From assembly GCA_030390025.1 (NCBI GenBank), contig CM059432.1:43526001-43590000 (forward strand): DNA of 64,000 nucleotides, in the 5' to 3' direction. Below the pieces are notes generated by a model. The model had not been told where the DNA came from. It made no database searches and was given only the letters and a program-made list of their open reading frames with translations. Below are positions 50,445-62,829 of the stretch, piece by piece. Positions within the stretch are counted from its first letter, which is position 1; each line of letters starts with the position of its first letter. Both the position numbers and the translations under genes were made by a program. The DNA is from Squalus acanthias. Lineage: Eukaryota.

Positions 50445-53400
50445 GACAAGGTGGCACACAACCAGAGGCAGCAGGAGCTAACTGGTGGGGGACATACTTC
50501 CCTCTTTTTTTGAAGAAGGTGGCGCATAACAACAGGCAGCAGCAAAGAACTGGAGGAGGACAAGCGCGCCTGCATATTTTAACCCTCATGGAGGAGACAG
50601 TGCTGGCTATCATGGGAAGGCGCATCACTAATGCCGTGGCCACTGGTGAGGCTGAAGCGAGCGATGATGAGGGTATCTACATATCTAATCCTCCTTCACT
50701 CATCCCACTTCTACTTCATCCCGTGATCTCTTCCGACTTAGAAGCTTCAGATGGTGTAAGCACGCACTTCTTACTTTTGCCTCTCCACTCACCACAACCG
50801 TACATTTGTCCCTTTTTCACTTCAGATACCCAAGAACTGGAACCTTCCCAGTCAGTGGAGGAAGAGGAAGAAGACAGTGATCTTACACTTGCAGCCATCA
50901 GCTCAGAGACTGACATTGCAAGTATTTTAGAGACTAGGATAGAGGAGGGATCTACACGTGGTGAGACACCGGGCACCAGTGCACAAGAGCCAGTGCGGGG
51001 GGAAAGGATAGCACAGGTGTCAGCTCACCGGAGCGTGAGATCGCACACTAGTTCTGCTGCAGAGGAGTCAGATGAGGACTTCGATGGGCCAGGCTACAGA
51101 AGAAGGCTGATGGGTGCAAATGCTTGGTGCACTAGAAAGCCTGCCAGAAAGCCTGCGCTCAATGTCAAGGAGCATGGAGGAGTCTGGCACCAACTTAGCA
51201 CAGGGCTTTGTGCAGACCTTGGAGCCTATCCTTTCCAACATGGAACGGGTGGTCACCTCCATCAGCACACCTGTGGAACCCACCATGATGCAGCATCTGA
51301 TGATCAATGCCACAGCTTCCATTGCAGTACAAAAAGCTTCCATCAAAGGTCTGAGTGCTGCACTAGAAACTCAAACTGCTGCCTTGCAAGCTCAGACTGC
51401 TGCCATCATGGCTGTGAATACCAGGCCGCGATTTTTCCTACCTCGGCGGGTCCGTGGCGGGCGACGTTGGTGGCGGGTCGCTGCCCCGCTGCTGGCTCCA
51501 TACAGGCCTCCGACATGACTTTCCCCTGATGGGGCTTGTTAAGCCTGCCCAGTAAGTTTCCCGGACAATTGAAGGAAGCGGGTCTGATGACGTCATTTGA
51601 TGGCGCGTTAGCTGCTGGTTTCCTTAAAGGGACCATGCATAAATTTACTTTGATATTTGTGGTGTCAGTATTCTACAGCATTGAGGTGCTGCAAACACTG
51701 ACAAGCACTGCACAGAGGTGCACGGCTGCACCCAGGCTCTCCCATGACTCCCTCCACATGCTTATGGAAGGAGTCAAAGCACGCAGGGAGGTTCTCTTCC
51801 CTTCCAATGGGCAGAAGAGGCCTCCCCAGGAGATCAATGCAACCTGGTTGCACATTGCAGAGGAGGACACAAGCAAGGATGTCATCAGGAGGACCAGGCT
51901 GCAGTGGCGCAAACCTTTCAATTATCTCAGTAGATCACAAAACGTTACTGCAAAGCCACACTCAGCCTCATCCTGCTGTGCCACTCATCACATCCCCATC
52001 ACTCTGCCTTCCCTACCCTACTCCTGCACATCCTTACTCAGACCAACTTACCTTGCACCTCCACCCATCTCTCTCTATCTACATTATCACTTCCCCATCT
52101 CACTAGCCACCCCTCACACTCACCCTCATCATAGAGCAATCATACCAACAAAGAAAATACAAGGGTAGGCACTTGGGCGTTTTAGCCAATGTTCATGTGA
52201 AGTTTCTGTTAATGTGGTGTCAAACATTGAAATCTTTATTTTCAACACTTTGCGTTCTTGGACAGATTTGTCTGCACCTTTGGAAGTGGCTTAGTGAGTT
52301 GCAGCGAATGGTGAGACATAACAGTACCACCCGCAATGGTGATGAGTGTGAAAGGAATGGCTTGGGCAGGGATGCTTTATGTTGCTGGTGTGGCGTGGTG
52401 CCAACCTGGCGCATCATGTGGCATCCAGGTTGTGCAGCATCAAGTGAAGTAAATGTGGCCATGGTGAGGCTATCCCTGGCGTCCCGGGCAGCAATGTGGT
52501 CGGGTGCTGATGCCCTTTGTCCTGTGCAGCATCAGGTGATTGCGGAGAAGGTTGGTGTGGTTGTTGGTGCTGCTGGTGTGCCTGGTGATGCTGGTGTTGG
52601 GGCTGGTCGTGGTCAGATTCTGAGGACCAACGTGAGAGAGTTTCAAGGGCACCCATGTTGATGGAATAGATGGCAGGTGAAGTAGAGATGACATAAGCAA
52701 TCTGTCAATGGTGGGAGAGGTAATGATGTCAGACTGGATGGAGACTTGTGTAAAGACTTGCAGCATTCTGAATCTGTAGTGGAAATGCAGTTTAGATAAG
52801 CTAGTGGTTAAGGGAACATTTCTCAATCAGCTGGGAGCTTTGACTTGACATTTGAAGCTATCAACTCATCAGCTGATTCAATGGCTACTGACCTCTTGCC
52901 TCAGCTTCACAGACAAGGTCTAGGCACAGCGGGAAACCGGTGGGCGACTCATCAAATTCAAAAAGCTGGGAACAAAAGCCTTGTTAAGTGGCTGTAAACA
53001 AGCCACTAATGATTTGAATTGGGCCGCCCACCGCTGCCTGTTGGGTTTGCTCAGCGCTGACAGACCCAACATCGGGAAATGCAGGTGTGCGTGTTTTGAC
53101 AGTGGGTTCCCGACCCGCTGTCAATCATTTTAAATTTCACAGCTGACCCGCCACCCATCCCATCCACTGAGCGCCGGCAAAATCGTGGCCCCAGTGTTCA
53201 AAGGGGCTTCCAGGGCGTTACAGCAGTCCATCAATCCGTTCTCCAACAGATCAGGAGAATTGCTAAGGTGCTGCCCCGGGAGAGTGGCAATGGCTCCATG
53301 GGGCATAAACTTGCATTCCTGCCTCAGGATCACAACATTCCTGCTCCCACCCCTGCCACTCTGCCAGTGCCCTTGCTGTTGCCTGTCAGCCAGCCAGTCC

Positions 53401-53615
53401 AGACTTCTGCAGCCCAGACCTAAATGGTGCAGTCTGCAGCCGAGCCATCTAGGCCCAGAGGTTGCCCTCCAAGGCCATCTGTAGTCTCCTCAATTGTAGG
53501 TCAGCAGCCTTCCACCACCCTTGTTGCAGCCACTGAGGAAGCATCTCGTAGGAGCACTAGGAGAGACAAAGGCACACAGAAGACAGGCACTAATAGAATG
53601 CACAAGGGTGATTAG
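50445..53615 (+). pseudogene. Myb/SANT-like partner gene exons 2-3 of Harbinger C, interrupted by 51424-53190
   Basis: ttgcag|DKVAHNQRQQELTGGG; second acceptor ttcag at about 50825; coiled-coil-like LESLPESLRSMSRSMEE; C-terminus RRSTRR. Confidence 0.7.
51424..53190 (-). mobile_element. Non-autonomous Harbinger deletion derivative, copy 3
   Basis: TIR ggccgcgatttt / aaaatcgtggcc, TSD CCA/CCA; Myb exon 1 (AAPRLSHDSL...W..IAEE...QWRKPFNYL) on +. Confidence 0.88.
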
Positions 53616-53786
53616 TTTATTTTTATATGCATTATGTCATGATTACATTTTAAAATTTGGATTAGAATGTGCATTTTCTGGTGGTTTTTATTCTTGTGTT
53701 GTCGGAAAGAGGATGAAGTGATGGTCAGTGATAGAGTAAAGGTAAGAAGTATGGGATGGTTGGTGAATGGGGAGGTGTGGTTGAGG

Positions 53787-54780
53787 TTACTGATATGTCT
53801 CATTAATTATTTTGTCACGTAGAGCCCGGGCAGAAAGGGACTGTCTACGTTGTAGTCTCCCTTCCTCTTCCCGTTCCTCCATTTCCTGTTGCACTTCCTC
53901 CTCTTCCACTTCCTCTTCCTCATGCACCTGCTCCTCAGCTTTTTGACTGATAGGTGGTGGCAAGGGCTGTTCTCTCATAATGACCAGGTTGAACAGCATG
54001 CAGCAAACTACCACAAATCTTGATACCCGCTCAGTTGATTACTGCAGGGCTCCTCCAGAGAGGTCCAGGCAGTGGAAGTGTTGCTTGAGGACACCGATGG
54101 AGTGCTCTATAATGTGGCAGCATGGCTCTCATTGTAGGTTGCACACCAACTGCACATTGATGGAGTGGAATCCCTTTTGGTTCATGAAAATGGCCGAGTT
54201 CACATGAGTTTACATGAGGCACATGCAAGGCAATGTGCTGTCAATGGCACTCTGCAATATGGGGTGCCTGCAATCCATACAAATCCTGATGTTCACTCTG
54301 CCTGCTTGTCTCTGGCAAGAGGGAATGAGATGAAGCTGTCTCTCTGTGTATAGAGAGCCTTAGTGACCTCCATTATGCAGCAGTGTACTGCAATCTGCGC
54401 AATGTGTTTATATCTCCAGCAACAGCCTGGAAGGAGCCAAATGCATAAAAGTTAAGTGTCAGGGTCATCTTGACAGCCACAGGCAATGCGGTCCTTGCCC
54501 TGCTTTGAGGTTGCAGTTGTTGCTGCAGCAGTTGGCAGATTTCAGTCATGACATCTTTTGTGAAGCAAAGACATCTCCTGCATTGGTCCTTACTGAAGCT
54601 GAGGTAAGAGAATTGCTCCCTAAAGAACCTCAGCGGATATGGCCTCCTGCTGAGAGTCTTTTTCCTCCCCCTCCTCCCTCTTCTTGCAGTTTGTCCTGCT
54701 CTGCATGGCATCTCTTCATTCTCCCAGTCATGGTCAATTCCAAGAGGAAGTCTTTCCAGACCACCCATGCATGGAAGCAA
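53787..54780 (-). pseudogene. Degraded Harbinger transposase of element C
   Basis: RRPYPLRFFREQFSY...ALPVAVKMTLTLNFYAFGSFQ, AID, NQKGFHSINVQLVCN, IIEHSIG, VVCCMLFNL; internal deletion. Confidence 0.85.
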
Positions 54781-56757
54781 CTTGTTTCAGAACAAGCTTT
54801 TAAATGAACAAAAAAGTACTTCAGCACCAGCCAGACCACTCCCTGTAGACTCTTGAAACTTTAGATAAGTTTAGGAAAGCTCCAAAAACACGCACAATTA
54901 CACCAGCAGACAGAGGAAATATTCCAGTAAGTAGTTCATGATCCCTTTAAATAGCACTGGTGGGGGGTCCTTCATGCCGTTTAATGTTGTGTTCAGCTAT
55001 ATGAGGTTAAGACAGGGTGTAGGCTAGAGTGTGGCATTCGATAATGGCAGTGCTGGTGTCAAATCAGCGTTGCACACCGATTGATGTCATAATCTGTCTG
55101 CTCTGCATGCTGCCGATGGTCATTCGGTGCACACACGCAAACCCCTTCACCAAGATGGCGTCCGACGCACTTCCCGTTGGAAGTGTGTGCACATATCAAG
55201 GAAGCCATTTTCCATTGGTAGGGGGCTGCATAGCACCTAAAAACCAGGCGCTACAGAGTCCAATTTCTCCCCGATACCTCCAGTCTTGTCAATGTTAAGC
55301 GGGAGAAAGTTTTAACTCCTCTATGAGTTGATGCCAGAGAAGCAGTCAGATGGCATAATAATTTATTTCACATTTATTTCATCGGCAGTATTTCGCTATT
55401 GGAGTCAAGGGAGTGGTGTGTTATCAACATACATATGGCAGCTGATCCAATGATAACAGATAATGCCCTAGAAATTGGATCACACCCATGATCTCGCACG
55501 TGCCTATTGAGGCCGATGGCAAATTGGTCCGTCAGTCTCATTAGCATAGTACAGGTGAGCTGCAGCCAGAAAACGGGTGCAACGAGGCCCAATTTCCCCC
55601 CCCTCCCCCCCCATCATGTCTCTCAGGGACAGCATGCAGACAAGGAATAGGAGGGGGGCTGAAGATGAAGCCTTTGGTATATTAAAGGTGACCATGCAGA
55701 GGCAGGAACAGAAACTTTGAAGGAAATATGTTGGTAGTATTAGGGCAGGTAGGAGAGCATGGTATGCCAAAGATAGTTTAAGGAGAAAAGTGTATGAAGT
55801 GTGATGAAGTGGTCAATCTTATTGAAGGCTGCAAAAAGGCCTAGGAGAACAAGGTGGGATAATGCATCATGGTGGCAGTCACACAGGATGTCATTGATGA
55901 CTTTGACGAGGGCAGTCCCGATGCTGTGAGCAGGATGGAAGCCAAATTAAAGGGATATAAAGAGAGAGTGGGGAAATTCGCAATTCATTCTCCTAACCAT
56001 CTTGCAACCGAAGAAGACTGTGAGAAGACAAGTACCCATTTGGAGAATAGAAAGTTTAAATAGTGTTATATTAGAGATTGGGTGGCACAATGGTTTGGAA
56101 CACTGTCCTGAGCATGGGTTTGAATTCAGCCCAGACTAAAGAATACGAGTCTCCTCCTACTGACAGTTTTTAAAGTCCCGTAAACAAACAAAACAAACAG
56201 GTATTGTTATTAAAGCACCATGTCACTTTTTCTAACAATGTAGTCATCTCTTATCCTTCAAGGAGTCCAATACCTTGCACTGAAAATGTTTCTATTTTAA
56301 CATAAATTATTTATCGGTTATGTGTGCCTGATATTCTTCTCCAAAATGTGTACCAGCAAAGAAAAAACCGCATGTAGTCACATCTATTATTCATTTATAT
56401 TAAACATGCTGACTAGAACTAGTGGAAGTAGTGTCAACCTCATTCTCCAACATAAATAAAAAACTTTTTATATTTAGTTTATGCTAGCAAAAGCTTTTAG
56501 TACCAATAATAACAATAAAAAAATAATTCTGGCTAAAGTTCACACAAGAAAATTTTAAATTCATAACTGATAATTCATAACATTAGATTGAATCCTAGTA
56601 AATATGTTTAGGATTCAATTGGATTTTCAGGGCCTGGGATTGGGCTTTGTAATTATCAATTGCATTGTTAATTGCACTGCTTGTAGGCAGTTCATCATTT
56701 GGAGTCGGGCAAGCAATCCGGCAGAGCATAGGCTGATGTGGGCCTGCAGCAACATCT

Positions 56758-58603
56758 TCATAGAATCATAGAAAGTTACAGCACAGAAGGAGGCCATTTC
56801 GGCCCATCGTGTCCGCACCAGCCAACAAAGCGCTAGCCAGCCTAATCCCACTTCCCAGCTCTTAGTCTGTAGCCCTGCAGGTTACAGCATCCCAAGTGCA
56901 CATCCAAGTACTTTTTAAATGTGGTTAGGGTTTCTGCCTCTACCACCCTTTCAGGCAGCGAGTTCCAAACCCCCACAACCCTCTGGGTGAAGAAATTTCC
57001 CTTCAAATCCCCTCTAAACCTTCCACCAATTACTTTAAATCTGTGCCCCCTGGTTTTTGACTCCTCTGCTAAGGAAAATAGGTCCTTTCTATCCACTTTA
57101 TCTAGGCCCCTCATAATTTTATACACCTCAATAAGGTCTCCCCTCAGCCGCCTCTGTTCCAAGGAAAACAATCCCAGCCTATCCAGTCTTTCCTCATAGC
57201 TAAGATTCTCTACTCCCAGCAACATCCTTGTAAATCTCCTCTGTACTCTCGCTAGTGCAATCACATCTTTCCTGTAATGTGGTGACCAGAACTGCACGCA
57301 GTACTCTAGCTGAGGCCTAACTAGTGTTTTATACAGTTGAAGCATAACCCCCCTGCTCTTGTATTCTATGCCACGGCTAATAAAGGCAAGCATTCCGTAT
57401 GCCTTCTTAACCACCTTATCTACCTGGCTTGCTACCTTCAGGGATCTGTGGACAGGCACTTCAAGGTCCCTTTGTTCCTCTACACTACTCAGTGTCCTAC
57501 CATTTAATGTGTATTCCCTTTCCTTGTTAGCCCTCCCCAAATGCATTACCTCACACTTCTCCGGATTGAATTCCATTTGCCACTGTTCTGCCCACCTGAC
57601 CAATTTATTGATATCTTCCTGCAGCCTACAGCTTCCTTCTTCAGTATCAACCACACAGCCGATTTTAGTATCATCTGCAAACTTCTTAATCATACCCCCT
57701 ATATTCAAGTCTAGATCATTGATATATACCACAAAAAGCAAGGTACCTAGTACTGAGCCCTGCAGAACCCCACTGGAAACAGCCTTCCAGTCACAAAAAC
57801 ACCCATCAACTATTATCCTCTGCTTCCTGCCTCTGAGCCAGTTTTGAATCCAACTTGACACTTTGCCCTGGATCCCATGGGCTTTTAACTTCGTGACCAG
57901 TCTGCCATGTGGAACCTTATCAAAAGCCTTGCTAAAGTCCATATACACTACTTCAAACGCACTACCCTCATCTACCCTCCTCGTTACCTCCTCAAAAAAT
58001 TCAATCAAGTTTGTCAGACACGACCTTCCCTTAACAAATCTGTGCTGACTATCTTTGATGAATCCATGTCTTTCTAAATGAAGATTTATCCTGTCCTTCA
58101 GAATTCTTTCCAATAATTTCCCACCACCGAGGTTAGGCTGACTGGCCTGTAATTACTCGGTCTATCCTTTTCTCCCTTTTTAAACAAGGGTACCACATTA
58201 GCAGTCCTCCAGTCCTCCGGCACCACACCTGAAGCCAGAGAGGATTGGAAAATGATGGTCAGGGCCTCTGCTATTTACTCTTTTGCTTCACTTAACAGCC
58301 TGGGATACATTTCATCCGGGCCTGGGGATTTATCCACTTTTAAAGCTGCTAAACCCCATAATACTTGCTCTCTCACTATGTTTATTTCATCTAATATTTC
58401 ACACTCCTCCTCCCTGATAGCAATGTCTGCTTCGTCCCTCTCCTTTGTGAAAACAGATGCAAAGTATTCATTAAGAACCCTATCGACGTCTCCCACCTCC
58501 ACACACAGATTACCCTCATGGTCTCTAATAGGCCCTACTCTTTCTTTAGTTATCCTCTTACTCTTAATATATTTATAAAACATCTTTGGGTTTTCCTTGA
58601 TCT
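56758..58603 (-). mobile_element. CR1 LINE, 5'-truncated; RT open for 423 aa (56842-58113)
   Basis: [27 protein letters not shown]; tail catagaatcatag on +. Confidence 0.92.
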
Positions 58604-59006
58604 TAAAGGGAAGGAAGGAAAAGGTCGAGGGGTCAATGGAGGCAGCAGATTTAAGTGGAAGGGAAATGTAAAAAGCACACAAAGGAACAAGAAGTGAAAC
58701 TTAAGCGAGTCTGTAAGGCTTAAAAGTCCCAAAAAGAATGAAGAAAAATATTATTTACAGATCTGCATCCAGCTTTATTTGACTCCAGCTATTAATTTCT
58801 TTAAGTAGTGCTGCAAAAGACTGCCACCCGCCCAAGATTTTTTGGCACTGGTGGCCACACTAATTTATACAAAAATGACATTTAGGTCCTAGCAATATCA
58901 TAGGACCTTAATTTGAATATATTAATTAGGCCCCTGCCAGTCTCCAGCTGGACCGCTGGCTACAAATTGATGTCCACCCTAAACTTGCAATGGGGCAGAC
59001 CTCCAG

Positions 59007-59451
59007 AATTAAGAAACATAAGAAATAGCAGCAGGAGTGGGCCATACGGCCCCTCGAGCCTGTTCTGCCATTCAATAAGATCATGGCTGATCATCGACCT
59101 CAACTCCACTATCCCACCTGATCCCCGTATCCCTTGATTCCTCTAGAGTCCAAAAATCTATCTATCTCAGCTTTGAATACTCAACGAATGAGCATCCACA
59201 GCCCTCTGTGGTAGAGAATTCCAAAGATTCACAACCCTCTGAGTGAAGAAATTCCTCCGCATCTCAGTCTTAAAGGGCTGACCCCTTATCCTGAAACTAT
59301 GCCCCCTAGTTCTAGACTCTCCAACCAGGGGAAACAACCTCTCAGCATCTAGCCTGTCAAGCCCCCACAGAATCGTATATGTTTCAATGAGATTACCTCT
59401 CATTCCAAAAAACACCAGAGAGTATAGGCCCATTCTACTCAATCTCTCATC
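59007..59451 (-). mobile_element. CR1 3' end
   Basis: ERLSRMGLYSL...RNFFTQRVVNLWNSL; (ttcttatg)-type tail. Confidence 0.88.
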
Positions 59452-59459
59452 AATAAGAA

Positions 59460-59742
59460 TAAATAAGGGGGAACCAGTGGATGTGGTGTATTTGGATTTT
59501 CAGAAGGCATTCGATAAGGTGCCACACAAGAGGTTATAAAACAAAATTAGGGCTCAAGTGATGGGGGAAATATACTAGCATGGATTGAGGATTGGTTAAC
59601 AGACAGAAAATAGAGAGTAGGAATAAACAGGTCGTTTTTGGGTTGGCAGGCTGTAATTAGTGGGGTACTGCAAGGATCAGTGCTTGGGCCTCAGCTATTC
59701 ACAATCTATATCAATGATTTCGATGAGGGGACCAAATGTAAT
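59460..59742 (+). mobile_element. CR1 internal RT fragment in opposite orientation
   Basis: KGEPVDVVYLDFQKAFDKVPH...[19 protein letters not shown]. Confidence 0.88.
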
Positions 59743-60090
59743 GGGCCGTATTTTCCGATCGGAGGCTTCCCGCGTGCGGAGGCCTCCGATCTGGAAAAAA
59801 TGTACGCACTTACCTGAGGGCTCCCGAGGTATGTATAGTTCCGATGCTGGGCCTCTCCAACTCCAAGTGCGCAGGGCCCACGTATCCCAGAGGCGCATGT
59901 GGTTCGCAAGCGTCCCTGAGATCACGTGGACCATGGGGAGCCAATCAAAGAAGGGAATCTCCCTTCATACATTTGACAGATAGACATGTCAAATATATGA
60001 ATGGAGATCAGCCCAAAAACAATTTAAAACATTAAATAATTTTTTTTTTAAATCACATTTTTAAAATTAGTTGAAATTACAATAAATTAA
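59743..60090. mobile_element. Left part of a MITE related to the 47926/61951 family, interrupted by Harbinger B
   Basis: Begins gggccgtatttt after AAT; shares the gatcacgtgg..ccatgg.gagccaat and tttgaca...tgtcaaa module. Confidence 0.65.
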
Positions 60091-60617
60091 GGGGCAAAAA
60101 TTAGGTTGATTTGCGCCTCCCATTAGCACCCTAAGAGGGCGCTAATGGGGCGCAAAGCAACTAGCGCCTGGGCACGCCGATGTTTGCGCTGCTCCCAAAA
60201 TTGACTGGTGTTTTTGCGGCGGCGCAAATGTTTACCGCCCCGATCTCCTGCTCTCGCAGATCGTGACATTAGTAGAGTGTGCAACGCCCTGGTGGCGCCC
60301 CGGACCGGATATTGAGTGGCGCCCCCTCCTTTCTGCCTGGTGCAAGCAACGAAAGGGAGACTGGAACGTTTCCCAGTCGGTGAGGGGCTGGGGGGGGTGC
60401 TATTTAAAGGCGGTCTCTTCCTGGCTTTTTCTGTGGTAGACATTTTTGCACCACTCATTCTGACAGAGAGAGAGATTCTGAGAGAGAGAAGGAGAGACTT
60501 CTGCATAGAGTCAACACTGTGTGAAGTAGTTTTGGCTACTGAGCATCACTTTGCAGGTACTTTTGGATTTGACCTGCATTACTTCGATTGCCAAGAGACT
60601 TGAGGGGACTGCACTGA

Positions 60618-61754
60618 TTCGGGGCGTCATCCTGCGCCTGCAGAATCGGAGGCAACAGAGACGCAGAGGCCAGACGGAGGAAGGCCAACAGGCCTCTGCA
60701 CAGGAGACCTTACCCTCCCAGGGTATTCCGGGAACAATTCTCCTACATTAATTTGTCTGAGGGGCAGTGTTTGCGCAGGCTGCACTTCAGCAAGGAGGTG
60801 GTCACTGAGCTCTGCCACCTGCTGCAGCCAGATCTGCAGCCTCAACTGAGGACCAGGACGTCTCTGTCGGTGGCAGTGAAGGTCACAGTGGCTCTGAATT
60901 TTTATGCCACTGGCTCCTTTCAAGCAGCTACTGGGGACATCGCCAATATCTCCCAGTTCGCGGTCCATTGCTGTATCCGTCAGGTCACAGATGCCCTCTA
61001 TAAAAGGAGACGCCAGTACATCTCTTTCCCGATGACCCGGGCCAAACAGCATGAACGTGCATTAGGCTTTGCGAGGATAGCGGGTTTCCCCATGGTGCAG
61101 GGCGCCATTGACTGCACGCATGTGACATTGCGGGCACTGCATGAGAATGCAGAGGTTTTCCGAAACCGCAAAGGGTTCCACTCCTTAAACGTCCAGTTGG
61201 TCTGTAACCACAGACAGCTGATACTCGCTGTTAATGCCCGCTATCCTGGCAGCTGCCACGATGCTTTCATCCTGCGTCAGACTGGTGTGCCAGAACTTTT
61301 CCAGGCACCGCATCAACCAAGTGGTTGTCTCCTCGGGGACAAGGGTTATCCACTCTGCACCTGGCTGATGACACCGCTCCGTAACCCCAACACCCCTGCT
61401 GAGCTACGGTACAATGAGAGCCATCTCGCCACCAGGAACATCATTGAGCAGACGATCGGCGTGCTCAAGCAATGGTTCCGCTGTCTGGACCACTCAGGAG
61501 GAGCCCTGCAGTACTCGCCTGAGCGAGTCTCCCTCTTCATAGTTGTGTGCTGCATTCTTCATAACCTGGCAATCCTCAGGACCCAGCCAATGCCACCAGG
61601 CCTTGGAGCACCACTGGAGGAGGAGGAAGAGGAGGAGGAAGAGGTGGAGGAAGAGGAGGAGGATGATCAGCGGCAGCACCAAGGCGGGAGGGAGGCCCAC
61701 AATGTTGAAACTGCAAGGGCCGTCTGTCAACGACTGATAACAAGCTGCTTCTAG
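60618..61754 (+). CDS. Harbinger DDE transposase (HARBI1-like family); frame open from 60618, start codon unresolved
   Basis: [66 protein letters not shown]; in-frame TGA at 60615-60617. Confidence 0.88.
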   Translation, partial: FGASSCACRIGGNRDAEARRRKANRPLHRRPYPPRVFREQFSYINLSEGQCLRRLHFSKEVVTELCHLLQPDLQPQLRTRTSLSVAVKVTVALNFYATGSFQAATGDIANISQFAVHCCIRQVTDALYKRRRQYISFPMTRAKQHERALGFARIAGFPMVQGAIDCTHVTLRALHENAEVFRNRKGFHSLNVQLVCNHRQLILAVNARYPGSCHDAFILRQTGVPELFQAPHQPSGCLLGDKGYPLCTWLMTPLRNPNTPAELRYNESHLATRNIIEQTIGVLKQWFRCLDHSGGALQYSPERVSLFIVVCCILHNLAILRTQPMPPGLGAPLEEEEEEEEEVEEEEEDDQRQHQGGREAHNVETARAVCQRLITSCF

Positions 61755-61950
61755 GCCCCTGCTGAGGAAATGGCTTCTGCCATGGAGAACAACATGAATG
61801 AAAGCAACCCGCGACCCCAAAGCTGGCCAAGGCAGCAATGATTCCAAAGACCAAACCTGTACATTTTGAATACAAAAACTTTTTTATTTTACGAACTCGT
61901 GTGTCAATTCTTCATGACAAACTAATAGAAACAAAGATAAAAAAATCATT

Positions 61951-62713
61951 GGCCCAGAAATTCGCCTCTCCAGCTTGCCGTGAGGGTAAGGATCGCGCGC
62001 GCTCTTACCTACCGCGCCTGCCGTTGTGTTTTGGGCCCACGGGAACTTCGGGTCCTGGGCCTCTCCCAACTGCCAGCGCGCAGTGCTTGCGTGTTCCAGG
62101 GGCGTAGTTAGTGCGATGCGTCCCCTGGGATCACGTGGGCCATGGAGAGCCAATGGCAGCAGACCATCTTTCATTCATAGATTTGACAGGAGACCTGTCA
62201 AATCTGTGAATTGAAATCGGCCCCAAAAGAACAGCTAAACTTAAAATAAATTTTAAAAAAACCATCACATTTATAAAATAACTATAGTTAAATAAATTAA
62301 CCACTTTAAACAAAAATTTTAATTTTTGAAAAAATTAAAATACTTTTTAAAAGTGATAAAAATAAACTTACCTTTCTTTAAAGTATCTAAAAAAGATAAA
62401 CCTGTTGAAAAAAAATTAAAATTATACTTAATTAACCAGTTACCTTGTTCAAAACGGGTCCTGCGCCTCCTTTTCATTAGCGTAGGTTCTTCAATACTTA
62501 ACCTCGCGTAGAAACCTGAAAAAAAATCTAAGTGTGCTGCGTGCGTGCAGCCTCTAGCGCGCACGCGGTTCACCTAGGAACCGCCCCCTTCACCATACCG
62601 GAAGTTCCGGTTTCCCGCGCATGCGCAGTGCATGCAGGAAACTGGCACTTCGGGAAGCAATACGGGTGAGTACAGAGCGCGTACTCACCCGGGAAGGGAC
62701 GAATTTTTGGCCC
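61951..62713. mobile_element. 763-bp MITE, inverted near-identical sibling of 47926-48658
   Basis: TIR ggcccagaaattcg / cgaatttttggccc, TSD ATT. Confidence 0.92.
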
Positions 62714-62829
62714 ATTAATTAACATAACTGGTTCTCACAACCTGGAGATAATTTCCAACACACAAAACAAGAGTTTGAACACGAACCTCGGCCTTTAATA
62801 AAAAAATTCCCAACATTTCGTCACACCTC

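Larger units (their letters stand above)
50187..55271 (-). mobile_element. PIF/Harbinger transposon C (degraded)
   Basis: TIR gggctaaattggac / gtccaatttctccc; Myb-like exons on +, transposase on -. Confidence 0.8.
45448..55980 (-). mobile_element. Old L2-like LINE fragmented by CR1, Harbinger and MITE insertions (pieces about 45448-45678, 49770-50186, 55275-55980)
   Basis: (CAA)n tail with L2-type 3' end at 45448-45530; purine-rich continuation after each insertion; tatgctgatgac-like RT remnant at about 55425-55445. Confidence 0.5.

Noticed and set aside
50510..52168. 339-aa and 210-aa ORFs as genuine genes
   Set aside because: They read through introns, frameshifts and a nested-element junction of Myb-like relics.
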